DNA of 42,245 bases from Bacteroidales bacterium (GTDB lineage Bacteria; Bacteroidota; Bacteroidia; Bacteroidales; CAIWKO01): NCBI GenBank assembly GCA_035389045.1, contig DAOORA010000004.1, forward strand, positions 1 through 42,245. The letters run 5' to 3'. Shown here piece by piece: positions 38,602 to 42,245 of the stretch. The notes beneath the pieces were generated by a model that saw only the letters and a list, made by a program, of their open reading frames with translations, did no database searches and was not told the origin of the DNA. Made by a program: the position numbers and the translations under genes. Within the stretch, counting starts at the first letter, position 1; every line of letters begins with the position of its first letter.

Positions 38602-38991
38602 GGCATTACATCCTCCAATTTTGTTTTTATACAAAAATAAAAGGCAAGACCAGGTATCTTGCATTTGTACAAATATACTAAATATTTCACTTCAAATCCA
38701 ATAAAAATCAAATGAAGCATGTTAATAGAACCAATTTTTATCTTTATTACTGAGAAAAAACAAATCCTTTGATATATACCATCTATAACGCAAAAGAATT
38801 ATTGACCTGTCGGTCAGTTTGTTTGGCAAAACCCGAAAAATAAAATATAAAACATACCAGGTGGTCGTTTTTTCCATCTTTTTTGTTGAATAAAAATGAT
38901 TTAATAATCAGATATTCTGTAACTTATTGCATTAATAAAAAAATATTAATTTAAAAAATTAAAGAAAGCTTTTTAATTATAAAAATCCTCT

Positions 38992-38999
38992 TATTTTTG
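38992..38999 (+). promoter_or_regulatory. -7 promoter box for the fdh operon
   Basis: TATTTTTG 45 bp upstream of the fdhF start. Confidence 0.55.
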
Positions 39000-39043
39000 C
39001 ACCTTAAAATTCAGTAATTCAATAATAACAAACCCAAATATAT

Positions 39044-41758
39044 ATGGAAAACAAATTAACAATCACAATTGACGGGAAAGCATATACTTCTTCTCCCGGG
39101 CAGACGGTTTTGGATGTTGCCCGTGAAAACGGTATCTACATCCCTACCCTGTGCTATCATGCACGCACAGGCAAAGCCGGAAAATGCAGGGCATGCCTGG
39201 TTGAAATTGAAGGATTGCCAGTGCTGAAAGAAAGCTGTGGTCTGGAAGTCAGAGACGGTATGGGAATAAAAACAAATACCGAAAGAATTCTTGAGGTCAG
39301 AAAAATGATTGTGGAATTGCATTTATCAAATTGCAAGCACAATTGTTATGCCTGCGAGTCAAACGGTCACTGCGAACTTCAGGATATGGCCTATCATTGT
39401 GGCATCGAAGAACCTCATTTTCCGGTGGATGTTCCCTCCATTCCCCTTGATGAATCATCCGAAGGCATAATCCGAGATGCCAATAAATGCATACAATGCG
39501 GCAGATGCATCAAAGCGTGTAATAGTAATGTGATGAACGAGGTTCTTGACTTCGGCTGGCGTTCCGGAAATACCAGGGTTATCTGCGACGATGACAAGCC
39601 CATGGGCGAATCAAGCTGCGTACAATGCGGTGAATGTGTGCAGGTTTGTCCGGTGGGTGCACTGACCTTTAAGAATGCCAAAGGCAAAGGTCCTTTCTGG
39701 ACACTGGAAAAGAAAAAAACAATATGTACTTACTGCGGAGTTGGTTGCTCCATAGATATGTATGTAAAAGATAACAAATGGGTATTCTCACACGGCACCG
39801 AAGACAACTGGGAAAAACAGGTGAACAAAGGGATGCTTTGCGTAAAAGGACGTTTCGGGCTTGACTTTCTCAACCGTGAAGAACGTTTGAAAACGCCTCT
39901 TATCAGGAAGAACGGCCAACTTGAAGAAGCCTCATGGGAAGAAGCCCTTGATCTGGTGGCTTCCAAATTTTCCTCTATTAAAAAAGAACACGGACCCGGC
40001 GCAATAGGTTTTTTCTCTTCCGCACGGGCTTCCAATGAAGAAAATTATGCATTTATGAAATTCGCGAGGGCAGTGGTGGGCACCAACAGTGTCGACCACT
40101 GTGCACGACTGTGACACAGCTCTACGGTTGCGGGACTGGCAGCCACGTTAGGTTCAGGAGCAATGACAAACAGCCTGCAGGAAGCAGAAAAATCTGATGT
40201 CATCTTACTGACAGGTACAAACACCACCTGGAACCATCCGGTTTTTGGCGGAATGGTTAAAAGAGCTAAAAAAATAAAAGGCATAAAACTGATTGTGTTC
40301 GACCCCAGGGAAACAGACCTGGCAAAATGTGCCGATATCCATCTTAAACAAAGACCCGGCTCTGATGTCGCCTATCTGATGGGAATGCAACATATCATCA
40401 TCAAAAATAACTGGCACAACCAGGAGTTCATTAACGAACGTTGCGAAGGATGGGATGAGTATGTTAAGAGCCTTGAATTCTTTACACCTGAAAAAGTGGA
40501 AGAACTCAGCGATATTCCCAAAGAACAACTGTATGAAGCGGCCAAAATGTATGCTACTTCAGGAAGAGGAGCCTTATACTATGCCATGGGTATCACACAG
40601 CACACCCACGGAGTTGACAATGTAAAAGCCTGCTCAAATCTGCAGATGATACTGGGCAACTTTGGACTTGAAGGTACAGGCGTGAATCCTTTACGCGGCC
40701 AAAACAATGTGCAGGGAGCATGCGACATGGGCTGTTTGCCAAATGTATTCACGGGATATCAGCCGGTCATCAACGAAGATGCCCGTAAGAAATTTGCCGA
40801 AGCCTGGGGCGTAAAATCGGAAGACCTCGACGATAAGGTAGGACAAACGGTAACCACTATGGTAAACAATGCCGGAGATTCTATCAAAGCTTTGTACATC
40901 ATGGGTGAAAACCCTCTGGTTTCGGATCCTAACCTGCACCATGCCAAAGAACAATTCGCAAAACTTGACTTCATGGTTGTGCAGGATATTTTTCTTACCG
41001 AAACAGCCCAAATAGCTGATGTGGTATTACCTGCCTGTGCTTTTGCCGAAAAAACAGGAACTTTTTCGAACACAGAACGCCGTGTTCAACTGGGCAGAAA
41101 GGCATTGAACCCTCCACAGGGAGCAAAACTCGACTCCGAAATCATTGCCGCAATAGCTAAAAAAATGGGCTATGAAAATTTTGCATCCTCAGCCGAAGAA
41201 CTCTTTGAGGAAATGAGACAACTTACCCCCTCCTACAAAGGAATGACTTATGATCGACTCGAAAAAGAATGCGGACTAAGATGGCCTTGCCCTACGGAAG
41301 AACATCCGGGCACCCCCATACTTCACATCGGAAAATTTTCACGCGGAAAAGGATTGCTGGTGCCCATGGAATACAGGCCTCCTGCAGAAGAAACCAGTCC
41401 GGAATATCCTATAATTCTCACCACCGGACGTCTGCTGCAACATTATCATACCGGCTCTATGACCCGAAGGTCAAAAGTTTTGAACAACCTGAAACCTTAT
41501 GCCGAAGTTGAAATTAATGTTACAGACGCCGAAAAATTAAAGATTGAAAATGGTGAAGTAGTAAAAGTATCATCAAAAAGAGGCTCTATTGAAGTTAAAG
41601 CTAAAGTAACGACAAAGATCTCTGAAGGAATCGTATTTATTCCTTTCCACTTTGCTGAATCTGCTGCAAATCAACTAACTAACGACGCCTTGGATCCTAT
41701 TGCAAAAATACCGGAATACAAAGTATGTGCCGTAAAAGTTGAAAAAATTGCGAAGTAA
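39044..41758 (+). CDS. fdhF: Selenocysteine-containing formate dehydrogenase alpha subunit (904 aa; UGA 40112-40114 read as Sec)
   Basis: Two track ORFs are in frame and joined by [35 protein letters not shown]...LCVKGRFG, PLRGQNNVQGACDMG, TGRLLQHYHTGSMTRR, PEYKVCAV. Confidence 0.95.
40126..40144 (+). promoter_or_regulatory. Bacterial SECIS element
   Basis: GGTTGC-GGGACTG-GCAGCC hairpin starts 11 nt after the UGA, the same spacing and 5' arm as the E. coli fdhF SECIS. Confidence 0.85.
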
Positions 41759-41795
41759 TGTTGATATTAAATTGAAGTAATGTTGATATTAAATT
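41752..41795 (+). repeat. Perfect 22-bp tandem duplication
   Basis: GAAGTAATGTTGATATTAAATT twice, spanning the fdhF stop codon. Confidence 0.95.
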
Positions 41796-41803
41796 ATTTT
41801 ACC

Positions 41804-42245
41804 ATGAAAGAAGACATAAAAAATAAAATAGAGCAGCTGATGGCCAAATATCCCAAAAAGGAATCTGCCTTATTGCCTGCATTAAGATTGGTACAAAAAG
41901 CACATGATAATAATCTTACTCATGAACTCGTAAACGAAGTGGCTGACGTCATTGGCGTTTCACATTCGAGAGCTTACGGAGTGGCCACCTATTACTCGAT
42001 GTTCAACATCGACCACGTGGTAGGAAAATACCATCTGCAGGTTGACACCAACATCCCTGCTACCTTGATGGGAGCTGTTAAAATTTACAATTATCTCAGC
42101 ACCAAACTCGGTATCAGTCATGGACAAACCACTGCCGACGGTTTGTTTACCTTAAGCCATGTGGAATGTCTGGCCTCGTGCGGAACCTGCCCTGTAATAC
42201 AGGTAAATGATAAGTATTACGAAATGATGACCTTTGAAAAGGTGG
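41804..42245 (+). CDS. NuoE-like subunit of the formate dehydrogenase complex (3' end cut off by the window edge)
   Basis: Open frame MKEDIKNKIEQLMAKYPKKESALLPAL...GVATYYSMF...GQTTADGLFTL...ECLASCGTCPVIQVND; missing from the ORF track because it has no stop codon. Confidence 0.9.
   Translation, partial: MKEDIKNKIEQLMAKYPKKESALLPALRLVQKAHDNNLTHELVNEVADVIGVSHSRAYGVATYYSMFNIDHVVGKYHLQVDTNIPATLMGAVKIYNYLSTKLGISHGQTTADGLFTLSHVECLASCGTCPVIQVNDKYYEMMTFEKV

Noticed and set aside
38670..39043. Moco/Wco riboswitch upstream of fdhF
   Set aside because: The leader after the promoter box is short and AT-rich, with no multi-stem structure.
39044..41758. fdhF as two genes or a nonsense pseudogene
   Set aside because: The UGA is at the catalytic Sec position, the frame continues, and SECIS plus selABCD are present.

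Overview
AT-rich chromosomal window from a Bacteroidota anaerobe (inferred from repeated TAnnTTTG -7 promoter boxes, three proteins with T9SS C-terminal domains and almost no Shine-Dalgarno sites). The first ~13 kb holds housekeeping and secreted-protein genes: HD hydrolase, FKBP PPIase, DPP-IV, UbiD/MqnL decarboxylase, two tandem collagen-like lipoproteins, Tpx and T9SS cargo. The other ~29 kb looks like a H2/formate/CO2/selenium energy island. It contains: (i) a trimeric electron-bifurcating-type [FeFe]-hydrogenase (hydCBA), a sensory [FeFe]-hydrogenase fused directly to a histidine kinase, six further two-component proteins and hydGFE; (ii) DsrE proteins, an iota-carbonic-anhydrase-like protein and a ferritin-like protein; (iii) a complete selenocysteine operon selC-selA-selB-desulfurase-yedF-DUF3343-selD, whose tRNA-Sec folds with a short 12-bp acceptor+T helix; (iv) a divergently transcribed formate dehydrogenase that the ORF track splits at an in-frame UGA (Sec, with SECIS), followed by a partial NuoE-like gene lacking two canonical [2Fe-2S] cysteines. 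REP-like and MITE-like repeats occur in intergenic spaces. All calls come from motif recognition and hand alignment, not database searches.
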